A stretch of DNA of 63,890 nucleotides, filler included, from Licmophora abbreviata (Eukaryota): NCBI GenBank assembly GCA_900291995.1. It is 15 parts of 15 records of this genome, joined end to end, with 100 filler letters (N's around TTAATTAATTAA, not from the genome) between each part and the next. Parts side by side here need not be neighbours in the genome. Positions count along the whole stretch, not along the records: positions 1 to 1,803 come from OLMU01002339.1; positions 1,904 to 8,074 come from OLMU01002340.1; positions 8,175 to 9,725 come from OLMU01002341.1; positions 9,826 to 11,941 come from OLMU01002342.1; 11 more parts are not named here. One strand, 5' to 3'. The position numbers and the translations under genes are program-made. Below are positions 1-10,244 of the stretch, one piece after another; position 1 is the stretch's first letter; each line of letters begins with the position of its first letter. The notes beneath the pieces were generated by a model that saw only the letters and a program-made list of their open reading frames with translations, ran no database searches and was not told the origin of the DNA.

Positions 1-569
1 AGTTCCGGGGTGAGTTGAATGCACAACTCGAAGAGCGCGGCGTCAAACTCAGCGTCAATGATTTCATCATCAAGGCCTGTGCCTTGGCTCTGCAGGCCGT
101 GCCGGATGCCAACGCCGTCTGGGCCGGGGACCGCGTACTGAAACTCACGCCCTCGGATGTGGCCGTCGCCGTCGCCATCCAAGGCGGGCTGTTCACGCCG
201 GTTCTCAAGGATGCTGAAGCGAAATCCCTGTCGGCCCTCTCTGCCGAGATGAAGGACATGGCCAAGCGCGCCCGTGACCGCAAGCTCTCGCCCGAGGAAT
301 ATCAGGGCGGCACCTTCGCGATCTCCAATCTGGGGATGTTCGGCATCGAGAATTTCGACGCCGTCATCAACCCGCCGCATGGTGCGATCCTTGCGGTCGG
401 TGCGGGTATCAAGAAACCCGTCGTCGGCAAGGATGGCGAGCTTTCGGTGGCCACGGTCATGTCGGTGACACTCAGCGTGGATCACCGGGTGATCGACGGG
501 GCACTGGGCGCCGAGCTTCTCCAGCATATCGTGGACAACCTCGAGAACCCGCTGGTCATGCTGGCATAA
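1..569 (+). CDS. pdhC: Pyruvate dehydrogenase E2 dihydrolipoamide acetyltransferase, C-terminal catalytic domain (5' partial)
   Basis: KLSVNDFIIKA, YQGGTFAISNLGMFG, AVINPP and catalytic DHRVIDGA motifs; frame is open to the window start. Confidence 0.95.
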   Translation, partial: FRGELNAQLEERGVKLSVNDFIIKACALALQAVPDANAVWAGDRVLKLTPSDVAVAVAIQGGLFTPVLKDAEAKSLSALSAEMKDMAKRARDRKLSPEEYQGGTFAISNLGMFGIENFDAVINPPHGAILAVGAGIKKPVVGKDGELSVATVMSVTLSVDHRVIDGALGAELLQHIVDNLENPLVMLA

Positions 570-585
570 GCGGAATCCAACCCAT

Positions 586-624
586 AAAAAACCCCGGAAA
601 AGCAATCGCTTGTCCGGGGTTTTT
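586..624. terminator. Bidirectional intrinsic terminator between convergent pdhC and cysE
   Basis: A-tract-CCCCGGA...TCCGGGG-T-tract inverted repeat with inner AAGC/GCTT pairing, giving a U-tract on both strands. Confidence 0.85.
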
Positions 625-661
625 CATGTTTTACATTAAGTTTGCGTTCGAGGGTCGCCCG

Positions 662-1477
662 TCACTCGGACCCTTTGGTGCCCAGCAACTGGTCCATGCT
701 GACCGAGGGCTGATCGCAGCCCGCCTCGCCCACGATCTTGGCCGGCACGCCCGCCACGGTCTTGCAGGGCGGCACCTCTTGCAGCACGACGGAACCCGCC
801 GCGATCCGCGAACAATTGCCCACACGGATATTACCCAGCACCTTGGCGCCCGCCCCGATCAAAACGCCGTCCCCGATCTTGGGATGGCGGTCTTCCTCTT
901 CCTTGCCGGTCCCGCCAAGCGTCACCGAATGCAGCATCGACACATTGTCGCCCACTGTCGCCGTCTCGCCGATCACGATGGAATGCGCGTGGTCGATCAT
1001 GATCCCCTTGCCCAGATGAGCCGCCGGGTGCACATCCACGCCGAACACTTCCGAGGCCCGCATCTGGAAGAACCGCGCCATATCCCGGCGCCCTTCCACC
1101 CACAGCCAATGTGACACGCGATAGGCTTGAATCGCCTGAAACCCCTTGAAAAACAGCATCGGCTGGATGAACCGGTCACAGGCCGGGTCGCGATCATGCA
1201 CCGCCACGATATCGGCGCGTGCAGCCACCGACAGCGATCTGTCGCCCGCATAGGCGGCATCGCAAATCTCGCGCAAAATCTGCTCGGGCATCTCGCTCGA
1301 GGCCAGCTTCAGCGAAATCCGGTAGGCCAGCGCCGATTCAAGCGTCTTGTGATGCAGGATCGACGAATGAATCACCCCGCCCAGCAACGGCTCGTGATCG
1401 ATCGCTTCCTGTGCTTCGGCCCTGATGCGGCCCCAGACAGGGTCCAGCTCGGCCAGTTTCGCGCGGGTTTCCACCAT
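662..1477 (-). CDS. cysE: Serine O-acetyltransferase
   Basis: FFKGFQAIQAYR, hexapeptide repeats (GIMIDHA, VTLGGTGKE..DRHPKIG); ATG at 1477 preceded by CAGGAG RBS; cysE typically follows GTA g15 in Rhodobacteraceae. Confidence 0.95.
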   Translation of the reverse strand: MVETRAKLAELDPVWGRIRAEAQEAIDHEPLLGGVIHSSILHHKTLESALAYRISLKLASSEMPEQILREICDAAYAGDRSLSVAARADIVAVHDRDPACDRFIQPMLFFKGFQAIQAYRVSHWLWVEGRRDMARFFQMRASEVFGVDVHPAAHLGKGIMIDHAHSIVIGETATVGDNVSMLHSVTLGGTGKEEEDRHPKIGDGVLIGAGAKVLGNIRVGNCSRIAAGSVVLQEVPPCKTVAGVPAKIVGEAGCDQPSVSMDQLLGTKGSE

Positions 1478-1599
1478 CTTCAGGCTCCTGTTTTCGGCTC
1501 GACTATACCAGATAGGCGCGTTTGGCAAAACGCAAAGCTGTCATGACCGCAATCACAAAACGAAATGACACTGGTATCCGCGATCCGGCGAACCCACGA

Positions 1600-4500
1600 T
1601 CAGTCCCCGGCAACAACCAGCCGCGCCGCCGCACCTTCCCCGAACAGCCCCGAGACCTGCGCCACCTGCAACTCGAACGCGCCCGTGATCCCATCCTGCG
1701 CCTGCGCGCCTGCGTCATAGGTCCATTCGGGTATATCCACCGTCTCTTGGCGCCGCACGGCATCCCCCTGCACGACCTTCACGACATAGCGTTCCACCTC
1801 TTCNNNNNNNNNNNNNNNNNNNNNNNNNNNNNNNNNNNNNNNNNNNNTTAATTAATTAANNNNNNNNNNNNNNNNNNNNNNNNNNNNNNNNNNNNNNNNN
1901 NNNGTGTTCAGCGCATAATCCGCATCCGCATCCGCCGCATAAAGCGCCGCAGCACCGGGCCAGGGCTCCGCCGTCACCGCAAGATGCGGCGCATGCGGCA
2001 CCTCGTCCCCGCTCATCAGCGGCAGGTCGAGGAAAAACGGCGTGACCGACGCCGCCGCCACAAAGCTGCGCGCGCGCGGGCCGTCGGTCTCGAAATCGGG
2101 CACAGGGCTGGTTTCGGGCACGATCCGCACCGCATCGATCCGTTGCGCCAGCCCCATCTGCTCGACCCGGTCGATCCGGAAATACCCGTCGCCCCCCTTT
2201 TCGGGCAAAACGATCACATCCCCCGCACCGGCCTCCAGCCGCGATGGCGGCAGCGCAAGGCGCAGCGTATCGGTGGCCATGCGCGCATCCGACAGCCAGC
2301 GCTCCACCGTCTGCCGCCCCTCTCCGCGCGTCATCGACAGCGCCATTTCCGAGCTTGACACCCCCCGGCTTGCCTCGTCCGGCAAGATAGCCTCCTCGGC
2401 GATCACGTCGTAATCCGCATCGGCCTCGACAAAGCGCAGTCGCACCCGCCCGGCCAATTCGACCTCGCTGGCGCGGGTCTGCTCCAGCACCCCGTCCATC
2501 TCTGGATCGCGCACCAGACGCTCCGGCTCCAGCCGATGATCGCCCCGCCCGTCGCGCAGCCGGAACAACAGCCGCCCATCGCGCTCGATCGCATCGAACC
2601 CATAGCGCAGCATCAGCGGTTGCAGGGTGCTGCGCCCCTCGCCCACCTCGTCCACCAGATAGCCGCGCACATGCCCGTGCAGCCCCTCGGTATCGCCATG
2701 CCTCAGACCGGCGCGCGCCGTCACCTCATCCACCACCGAGGCCAGCCGCCGCGCCGACATCCGCCCGTTCAGCCAATGACCCCGCGTGTAATTGCCCCCA
2801 TCGCTCCACAGGGCGCCATTGTTGGGAAAGAACGGAAACGGCCGCGCATCCCAGGCCCACGCACAGGCGTGATCCCAATCCACCATCGCCCCCTCATAGA
2901 CAGGCGATACGGGATTATTGGCCGGATCGGTCCAATATCCGGCCATCGCCCTAAGATATTGCATCTGGATCAGATCGTCGCGTCGTCCGTCCGAATGATA
3001 CGGCAACCGCGATTCCGAGGATTTCTGATCGAGAAACGTGTTGGGCTGGTTGGTCGCGCGGTCCAGCGCCGCACAGCCATATTCCGTGAAGCGGATCGGC
3101 TTGGAGCGCGGCACCCATCCCGTGGGAAGCCCCGATCGCACGCCGGCCACTCGCTCGTGATGGGTGTTCTCCCACCAGTTGCGGATATCCTTGTAGCGCC
3201 AGACCCACGGCTCGTCATGATCCTCATCGGTGATCGGGGTGCGGATCTGCGCCGCGCGCGCAGCATCCGAGGCATAATACCAATCATACCCCTCGCCGCC
3301 CGCCACATTGGCCTTGAGATAATCCAGATCATAGATCGTGTCCCAAGCGCCTGCATCCAGATGGTCATGCCCCTCGCGCCAGTCGCTCAGCGGCATGTAA
3401 TTGTCGATGCCGATGAAATCGATGTTGGGATCGGACAGAGCGGATCGAGATGAAAGAACCGGTCGCCATTGCCCGGCTGATAGCCGAAATATTCCGACCA
3501 GTCGGCGGCATAGCTGATCTTGACATGCGGGCCGAGCAAGATGCGCACCTCTGCGGCCAGCGCGATCATTTGCGCCACTGCCGGAAAGCTGTTGCCGGCG
3601 CCCCGGATCTGGCTAAGCCCGCGCATTTCCGACCCGATGCAGAAGCTTTCCACACCCCCCGCCGCCCGGCACAGCGCCGCCTGATGCAGGATGAACCGCC
3701 GATACCCCCACTCATCCGGACCGCTGTAATGCACCGGGCTCGAAGGCGGCTCTTCCACCGGCCCGTATATGAGCGTCTCCGGCCCGAAATCGAGGCTCTC
3801 GGTGGTCAGGCGCGGCACCCGCGGTGCCTCCGGCACGTCAGGCGCGCGCAGGAAATCCGCCGCACGCGCCGTGCCGAAAAACGTCGCGACCTCGGCGGCG
3901 GCTGCGGCGGTCCCATCCGGGCTGCCGGGCCGTCCCGGCGCCTCTGAGCAGGTGATCCTTCCCCGCCATGGCAGAACCGGCTGATCGGGCGCGTCGCTAT
4001 AGGGATCGGGGCGGCCATTGCCCGGCATCTGTTCCATCAGGATGAACGGGTAATACATCACGTCAAGGCCCCGCGCCTTCATCCCCTGGATCGCCTGGAT
4101 CACCGCCGCATCCGCAGGCGTGCCGCCATAAACGGGGCGCCCCGCACCATCCAGCGCCACCCGCTGCGCCGTGGCGCGCGTCGCCCCACCCGCCATCCAC
4201 CGCATCCCTCGCGCGTCGAACTGCACCTGCTCCACCTTGGGCCTGATCCTGCAGACCCCGCAGCGCAGATCGTCCCCGAACCAGCTCACGATCAGCGACG
4301 CCGTCCGGCAGGCGGGCAACTCGCCCTGCAAGTCATCCAGCGAGGTGGCAAAATCCGCCTTGCCCGAGGGCGAGTTGACATTGATGAGCCGCCCCGATCC
4401 CGGCCCGTAAGTCATCTCCACCGGCTGCATCGCCAGCGTATACTCCCCGCTGCCCGGCAGGATCGCCACACCGCGCATCGCATAGGGCGGATCAAGCTCG

Positions 4501-5168
4501 TGACCGGGGCTGCCCGGCTGCGCGGGACGGCATAGCTCGAAGCTGAATTGCGGCACCCGGTTGCCGAACCGCTCCAGCGCCAGCCCCTCGATCACCACAT
4601 AGGCCGTGCCGCGATAGGCCGGCACCCGCCCTGCGCCCTCGATCGCCTCGATCTTGGGATCGGGCCGCTGGTCTTTCGTGCCCCGATAGACCCGCATGTT
4701 CAGACTGTCGCGCCCGATCTCCTGCCCATCCGCCCAGACCCGGCCCACATGGCTGATCTCGCCCTCGCACAGCGCAATCGCAAGGCTCACCGAATAGCTG
4801 TGCACGCGCTGGAACGACTGCGGCGCGCTGCGCCTTGACCCCTTGCCGCCGCCACCGCCACCGCCTCCGGCAAGCTGATAGGACACCGACTCAAGAAATT
4901 CCGTGGCCCAGATCACCTGACCCGACACCCGCATCCGGCCATAGACCTGCGCGATGGCATCGCCCTCGCCCGCCCCCGTCAGCCGCAGCCGCTTGACCCG
5001 GCCGGTCTCCACCGTCTCGGATCCCTGCCCCATTAGCCGCTGGTCGATCGAGCGCCCGATGACTGCGCCTGCAAACCGGCCCACCGCCGCCATCGACAGC
5101 CCCAGAACCGAGCCTCCGACCGAGCCGCCGATCGCGGCACCCGCCGCGGAAAGAAGTATCGTCGCCAT
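1600..5168 (-). CDS. GTA g15 megatron / host-specificity baseplate protein (TIM-barrel-like + phage tail domains); interrupted by a 1-nt frameshift near 3436 and the gap at 1804-1903
   Basis: N-terminus MATILLSAAGAAIGG; FGNRVPQFSFE, YGGTPADAAV, LPWRGRIT, YAADWSEY; restoring one G gives FFHLDPLWSDPNIDFIGIDNYMPLSDWR; WAWDARPFP; C-terminal piece 1600-1803 (ERYVVKV...VAQVS..FGEG). Confidence 0.92.
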
Positions 5169-5171
5169 GTG

Positions 5172-5642
5172 CTAGACCTCCAGAGGAAAGGCGAAACGGG
5201 CCACGATCCGCCGCTCCCACGGCGGCGTCAGCGGGCTTTCCAGCACCGCGTGACCCGAATACGCATGTATGAAACTGGCTCTCTCGCCGGTCTGCCCGGC
5301 GATCCCCAGATGCTTGGCCACAGCATCGTCGCGCATCCGAAACAGCAGCACATCGCCCGCCGCCGCATCCGTCAGCAACTTGACCTGCAAATGCCTCAGC
5401 GCCGCGCGCCACAGCGCCTCGTCGCGCGCAGGCTCGGACCAGTCCATGCTATAGGCTGGCGGGCGTTCGGGCTCCGGCCCCAGCACCTCGCGCCACACAC
5501 CCCGGATCAGCCCAAGGCAATCAGCCCCCGCACCCCGGCAGCTTGCCTGGTGCCGGTAGGGCGTGCCGATCCAGCCGCGTGCGGCGGCCACGACATCCTC
5601 GCGCGCGCCGCTGGCCACGACATCCTCGCGCGCGCCGCTCAT
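5172..5642 (-). CDS. GTA g14 NlpC/P60 cell-wall peptidase
   Basis: ARGWIGTPYRHQAS..GAGADCLGLIRGVWR, AKHLGI, FIHAYSG (Cys-His-His triad). Confidence 0.93.
   Translation of the reverse strand: MSGAREDVVASGAREDVVAAARGWIGTPYRHQASCRGAGADCLGLIRGVWREVLGPEPERPPAYSMDWSEPARDEALWRAALRHLQVKLLTDAAAGDVLLFRMRDDAVAKHLGIAGQTGERASFIHAYSGHAVLESPLTPPWERRIVARFAFPLEV
5586..5639. repeat. Perfect 27-bp tandem duplication in the 5' end of g14
   Basis: GGCCACGACATCCTCGCGCGCGCCGCT occurs twice (5586-5612, 5613-5639), encoding SGAREDVVA twice. Confidence 0.95.
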
Positions 5643-6526
5643 GCGCGCCTGCTCCCACCGTTCAGGCTCCCCGCCCGCATCGGATCGCTGATCGACCAGT
5701 CATCTCCCGGAATATCCGGAAAGCCTTGGAAATTCAGCAGGTTCGCAAACTTCACCCGGCAGGTCTCCGACCGCTTGTCACAGCCCGCCGTCAGCCGCAG
5801 CGCGTCTCCCGCCGCCACCGCCGCGCGCAGCGGATGCCACAGCTCGATCACCCTCAGACCGCTCTCCAGCCGGTCTTCCTTGATCAGCCCGCTCAGCCCT
5901 TGGGCCTGCCCGCCCGTCATCTGCACGACGCCATGACGGAACCAGCCCGGCGCCTGCCCCTCAAGCCCCTCGCAGCGCAGTACCCGGCGGTCATCCCCCT
6001 CGGCCAGCACCGTCTCCACGGTCCAGCCCGCCGTCAGATCAAGCCCGCAGGCCGCATCCCCCAGCACCGCGCTGCACGGCGCCTGATAGACCCGCCCCAT
6101 CGGTACATTCAGCAGATCGGTCAATCCGCGCAGCTCGGCCTGAAACGCGCCGCCCGCGCGGCGCAGCTCTCCGATCGTGCCGCGAAACTGCAGATGGCGC
6201 TGCGCGACATCGGCCCAGTTGACCAGCCAGGCGCGCACCTCGGCCCCGTCATAGCGGCCCGCCTCGATATCCTCTTCGCGGATCGCCGCATCGCTCAGCG
6301 CGCCAAGCGCCTCGGTATTGTCCACCGACAGCCCCGTGCTTTGCTGCAGCGCCAGCGCGCTCATCCCGGTATCGGCGCGAAAGGTGATCCCCTCGAAACT
6401 CAACGGCGCGTCATGATCGGTGAAGCCCATCACCACACCGTCGCGTCGGCTCAGCGCCCAGGCCCTGCAGGTGGTGGTCACCCCGGTCTCCAGATGGGCC
6501 TTCAGCCCTGCATCCAGCCCGCTCAC
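5639..6526 (-). CDS. GTA g13 baseplate hub protein (DUF2163)
   Basis: GFTDHD, GLSVDNTEA, GRYDGAEV, CSAVLGDAAC, AGCDKRSETCRVKFANLLNFQGFPDIPG. Confidence 0.93.
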   Translation of the reverse strand: MSGLDAGLKAHLETGVTTTCRAWALSRRDGVVMGFTDHDAPLSFEGITFRADTGMSALALQQSTGLSVDNTEALGALSDAAIREEDIEAGRYDGAEVRAWLVNWADVAQRHLQFRGTIGELRRAGGAFQAELRGLTDLLNVPMGRVYQAPCSAVLGDAACGLDLTAGWTVETVLAEGDDRRVLRCEGLEGQAPGWFRHGVVQMTGGQAQGLSGLIKEDRLESGLRVIELWHPLRAAVAAGDALRLTAGCDKRSETCRVKFANLLNFQGFPDIPGDDWSISDPMRAGSLNGGSRRA

Positions 6527-7155
6527 AGCCGCAGCTCCACCACCGGCACGCTCGGCACCTCACCGGCTTGGAAACTCGCCATGCTGATCTGGATACTGTC
6601 CGTATCGAAGCGCACCGGCACGTCGAACTCGTAGCCCGCGGTGATCTCCACCCCGGCATTGGGCGGATGCTCGAAGGTGACAAGCCCCGTGGTGCTGTCC
6701 ACCTCGAAATGGATGCCCTCCTGCTGCACATCGCCATCCAGCCCGATCCGGACACTGCCCTTGACGGGCTTGGTGATGGGCCGAAGGTAGTTCTGCTCGC
6801 CCGAGCGATAGGTCTTGCTCAACGCGATCTGCGCCGTCACATCGTCGCCATAGCCGATCACCTGATCCCCGAAATCAGGCTCCGCCGTCGCAGCACTCGA
6901 CTTGTAGTCGCTCCAATCCTTCCAGCGAAACCCGTGGATGCGTCCCTGCCGCGCCTCGAAAAAGGCGATCAGCCGCTCCAGATCCTCCAGCCCGCGCATC
7001 GCCACGCCCGCATCATAGCGGCGGCGCGAATGGCGCCAGGGCGTGTTGCGCTCCTCGAACCCATTGGCCAGCGTGACCACATCCGTCAGCCGCTCTGGCC
7101 CGCCGACCGACCCGAAGCTCAGGCTGGCGGGAAAGCGTATCTCGTGAAATCCCAT
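6523..7155 (-). CDS. GTA g12 distal tail protein (DUF2460)
   Basis: FHEIRFPASLSFGSVGGPER, FFEARQG..HGFRWKDWSD, TAGYEFDVPVRFDTD. Confidence 0.93.
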   Translation of the reverse strand: MGFHEIRFPASLSFGSVGGPERLTDVVTLANGFEERNTPWRHSRRRYDAGVAMRGLEDLERLIAFFEARQGRIHGFRWKDWSDYKSSAATAEPDFGDQVIGYGDDVTAQIALSKTYRSGEQNYLRPITKPVKGSVRIGLDGDVQQEGIHFEVDSTTGLVTFEHPPNAGVEITAGYEFDVPVRFDTDSIQISMASFQAGEVPSVPVVELRL

Positions 7156-7173
7156 GATCCTCGTCCCCCATGA

Positions 7174-7836
7174 TTACCGATTGCGTCCGCCGCGGCCGAT
7201 CACCCGGCCCAGTTCAGCGGCGATCTGCCCCTGCGAGCGGCGAAAACCCTCCGCATCGGGCGTCGAGATGTTCATCACCACATGCACCGCGCGCCCATCC
7301 CCGGTGGAACCCCGCGCCTGCACTCCCAGCTTGCCGTCAGGCCCACGCGCCAGCGGCATGATCGCCTCGGGGCCGGCCTCGCCCATCAGCCCGGCACCGC
7401 CGCGCATCGGAAAGGCCACAGGCCCGCTGACGATGCCGCCACTGGCAAAGGGCTGCACCCGGCCTTGCGCGAAACTGCCGCCCTTGGCGAACGGCAACAG
7501 CCCTCCCAAAAGCCCGCTCACACCCTCGGCCAGCAGGCCGCCCACGTGATCGCTCACCGGCTTCACCGCCGCGTTGAACGCCGTGGTGATCATCGTGTTC
7601 GCCATCTTGTCGAGCGATTGCGCCAGACTGTCGCCCTCCACCACGGCGCCCTTTATGGCCCGGCTCAGCCCCCGGCTCATGCCACGCTCTAGCGTCGCGG
7701 CATCCTGTCCGGCCCCGGCAAATCCCGCCCTCACCCGGGCCAGCTCGGCGTTGAACGCCGCAGCCATGCCCGTCGCCTGCCCAAGGCTGTCATCCAGCGC
7801 CTCGACCTGGGCCTCCAGATCATCCATGCCTTCCAT
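7174..7836 (-). CDS. GTA g11 tail tape-measure protein (short, 220 aa)
   Basis: ATG at 7836 with AAAGGAGA RBS; FASGGIV..P, GLMGEAGPEAIMPLARGPDGKLGV, FRRSQGQIAAE. Confidence 0.9.
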   Translation of the reverse strand: MEGMDDLEAQVEALDDSLGQATGMAAAFNAELARVRAGFAGAGQDAATLERGMSRGLSRAIKGAVVEGDSLAQSLDKMANTMITTAFNAAVKPVSDHVGGLLAEGVSGLLGGLLPFAKGGSFAQGRVQPFASGGIVSGPVAFPMRGGAGLMGEAGPEAIMPLARGPDGKLGVQARGSTGDGRAVHVVMNISTPDAEGFRRSQGQIAAELGRVIGRGGRNR

Positions 7837-8065
7837 GTCCCGTCTCCTTTCGCTCTCTATCCGCCCCGTCACGGCCCGCCCCGTCGGGATAGGCCTCCAG
7901 CAACGCCTCGAGCCGCGCCCGCGCCAGCGGCGCCACCACGCCCCCCCGGCCAGCATCAGCTCCAGCTCGGCAGGCGTCAGCGCCCAGAATTCCGCCGGGC
8001 GCAGGCCCAGCCCCCCGCAGCCCCGTGCGCATCAGCGCGGGCCAGTTCACCCGCGCCCCGCTCAC
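7820..8065 (-). CDS. GTA g10.1 tail assembly chaperone (two compensating G-run indels)
   Basis: Starts VNWPALMRTGL and ends RARLEALLEAYPD; the expected middle LGLRPAEFWALTPAELELML lies in another frame between G runs at about 8011-8016 and 7942-7950. Confidence 0.8.
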   Translation of the reverse strand: MSGARVNWPALMRTGLRGAGPAPGGILGADACRAGADAGRGGVVAPLARARLEALLEAYPDGAGRDGADRERKETGHGRHG

Positions 8066-8174
8066 GGCCCGGCCNNNNNNNNNNNNNNNNNNNNNNNNNN
8101 NNNNNNNNNNNNNNNNNNTTAATTAATTAANNNNNNNNNNNNNNNNNNNNNNNNNNNNNNNNNNNNNNNNNNNN

Positions 8175-8369
8175 GCGCAGCCCCGCCACGATCAGCCGCA
8201 GCACATCGCGGCTCGACAGCGCGCCCCCCTCGAAGCGCGCCACCAGATCGACAAGCGAGCCGCTCTCCAGCTCCGCCTCCAGCTCCGCCAGCGCCCCTAG
8301 CGTGAGCTTGAGCACATGCCGCCGCCCGTCGATCACCAACGCCACCTCGCCCGCCCAGGGGTTCGCCAT
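8175..8369 (-). CDS. GTA g10 tail assembly chaperone (3' end in gap)
   Basis: MANPWAGEVAL..DG...LKLTLGALAELE. Confidence 0.9.
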
Positions 8370-8374
8370 CGCGC

Positions 8375-8788
8375 CTACGCCGCCGTGAAGGTCAGCTGCC
8401 CCGCCGAGGCCAGCGCCATCTCATAGGTCGCCTCGCCGTCATGCGTCCCGGCATATTCGATCGCCGTCACCTGAAACGGCCCCTCGACCGTGCCGAAGTC
8501 CGGGATCACCACCTGAAAATTCGGCACCTCCCCGTCAAAAAAGATCTGCCTTGCGCGCGCATCGCTGGCCGCATCGCGGAAAATCCCCGAGCCGCTGATC
8601 GCCGCCGATTTCACGCCCGCACCGCCCAGCAACTCGCGCCAGCCGCCGCCCGACTCAAGACTGGTGACATCCACACTCTCGGCGTTGAAACTCACCCGCG
8701 TCGCGCGCAGCCCCGCCACCGTCTGGAAATTGCCATCCCCCGTCAGGTCGATCTTCACCAACAGGTCCTTGCCATTCTGTACCGCCAT
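8375..8788 (-). CDS. GTA g9 major tail tube protein (TP901-1 family)
   Basis: MAVQNGKDLLVK, VAGLRATRVSFNAESVDVT, VIPDFGTVEGPFQ. Confidence 0.95.
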   Translation of the reverse strand: MAVQNGKDLLVKIDLTGDGNFQTVAGLRATRVSFNAESVDVTSLESGGGWRELLGGAGVKSAAISGSGIFRDAASDARARQIFFDGEVPNFQVVIPDFGTVEGPFQVTAIEYAGTHDGEATYEMALASAGQLTFTAA

Positions 8789-8814
8789 TTCACTCTCTCC
8801 ATGAAATCAAGGGG

Positions 8815-9228
8815 TTAAACCATGTCTTCCACCCGCGCCCGAAAGGTCAGGTCGATCCGCCTCTGCGCGCCCGTCCCTTCCCTCTGTGCCCGTGCGCGAT
8901 AAAAATGCAGCCCCGCCAGACGCCCCCGGCTCAGGCTCAGACCGCCCTGCGCCAGCGCATCGCCCACCGCCGCCGCCACCTGCTTGGCCGCGTGAAATCC
9001 CGCCGCCGAGGTGACCACCGACACCGTCAGCCGATGCCATGCACCGCCGCCGCTCGCATCGCTGCGCGCGCGCACCTCTTCGGGTCCAAGCGTCACATAG
9101 GTCTCCGGCAAGCTGCCCGTGGGCAGCGTGTCATAAATCGCGCCCCCGACCAGCGCCGCCAGCGCCGCATCGCCCGCCAGGTTTTGATAAACCGCCTCCT
9201 GCAAGGCCGCCGCAACCGCATAGCTCAT
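8815..9228 (-). CDS. GTA g8 tail terminator (DUF3168)
   Basis: MSYAVAAALQEAVYQ.L..D..L, YVTLGPE, RRIDLTFRARVED. Confidence 0.92.
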   Translation of the reverse strand: MSYAVAAALQEAVYQNLAGDAALAALVGGAIYDTLPTGSLPETYVTLGPEEVRARSDASGGGAWHRLTVSVVTSAAGFHAAKQVAAAVGDALAQGGLSLSRGRLAGLHFYRARAQREGTGAQRRIDLTFRARVEDMV

Positions 9229-9566
9229 AGCGCCACCTCTTCCTCGGCAAAGCAGACCAAAAACCGCGCACCCGCATCGCGCTCGGCCACCGCCTCGATG
9301 CGGAACACCCGTGTGCCCTCTCGAAATCTCTGGCCGGGTCGGGGCCGCATCGCGGCCCCCTCGGGCGCCGCCCGCACCGTGATCCGGTAGCCCGTGGCCG
9401 AAACCGGCACCGCTTCGCCGCTGCGCTCGCGCCCCGTGCGCGCCACCAGCTCGGCCCAGAGCGTGCCAAGGCCCATCCAGGCTTCGGTGAACCCACCTGC
9501 GCCATCGGCCTCGCGCTCGCGCGCCTCCAGCACCAGCCGCCGGTTCAAATGCACCCGCCCCATCAT
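9225..9566 (-). CDS. GTA g7 head-closure (stopper) protein
   Basis: LNRRLVLE...DGAGG...W..LGTLWA, RPRPGQRFREGTRVFRIEAVAERD. Confidence 0.9.
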   Translation of the reverse strand: MMGRVHLNRRLVLEAREREADGAGGFTEAWMGLGTLWAELVARTGRERSGEAVPVSATGYRITVRAAPEGAAMRPRPGQRFREGTRVFRIEAVAERDAGARFLVCFAEEEVAL

Positions 9567-10205
9567 CCCGCACTTCCGTGAAACAGCCGCACGGTGCGAT
9601 ACCGCTCGATCAGGCTCGACACCCCGAAGGCATGCAGCCCCCGCCCAGCGCGGTCTCGTCGCGATATTCATAGTAATGCGCCGCCAACAGCAGCACCGCC
9701 TGCGCCAGATCCGCGGGCAACCCGGNNNNNNNNNNNNNNNNNNNNNNNNNNNNNNNNNNNNNNNNNNNNTTAATTAATTAANNNNNNNNNNNNNNNNNNN
9801 NNNNNNNNNNNNNNNNNNNNNNNNNATCGCCGGCAGCATCGCGCCCTGCGGGCGCAGGACCGGGCGATGCGCATCGGCCTCGAGCCGGTAGAACGCAGAC
9901 CCGATCCCCTCTTGATCGCCATCCCGGCTGTGCAAGATCAGCGACGTGACGGCCGTCACCGGCGCCACCGGCATCGGCTGGCCGTCGGGCGCGCGCCACT
10001 CGGATTGGGTCCAGAGAAACACCCGCCGGATCAGCACCTTGCCGGTCCGCGCCTCGATCGCGGCGATGGCCGCGCGCAAGAAGCTTTCCAGCACAGGCTA
10101 CTGAAGACCCTCTTCGGCAAATCCCGTTCCCAGCCGCAGATGCGCCTTGAACTCGGCCAGCGGCAACGCATCCCGAGACACCCCGGTTTCTTCAATCAAC
10201 ATCAT
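9563..10205 (-). CDS. GTA g6 head-tail adaptor (gp6-like); spans a gap, has an in-frame TAG at 10098-10100 and a 1-nt deletion near 9629
   Basis: MMLIEET...LPLAEFKAHLRLGTGF..EGLQ*PVLESFLRAAIAAIEARTGK; C-terminal LPADLAQAVLLLAAHYYEYR...CMP/FGVSSLIERYRTVR. Confidence 0.85.
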
Positions 10206-10244
10206 GGACCTTCTCCACAAATCCCGGCCCCCTCCCGTCGTTCA

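Noticed and set aside
7940..8020. Programmed tail-chaperone frameshift (lambda G/GT type) in g10.1
   Set aside because: Two compensating indels at G runs inside the gene rather than a slippery site at the end of g10; most likely error
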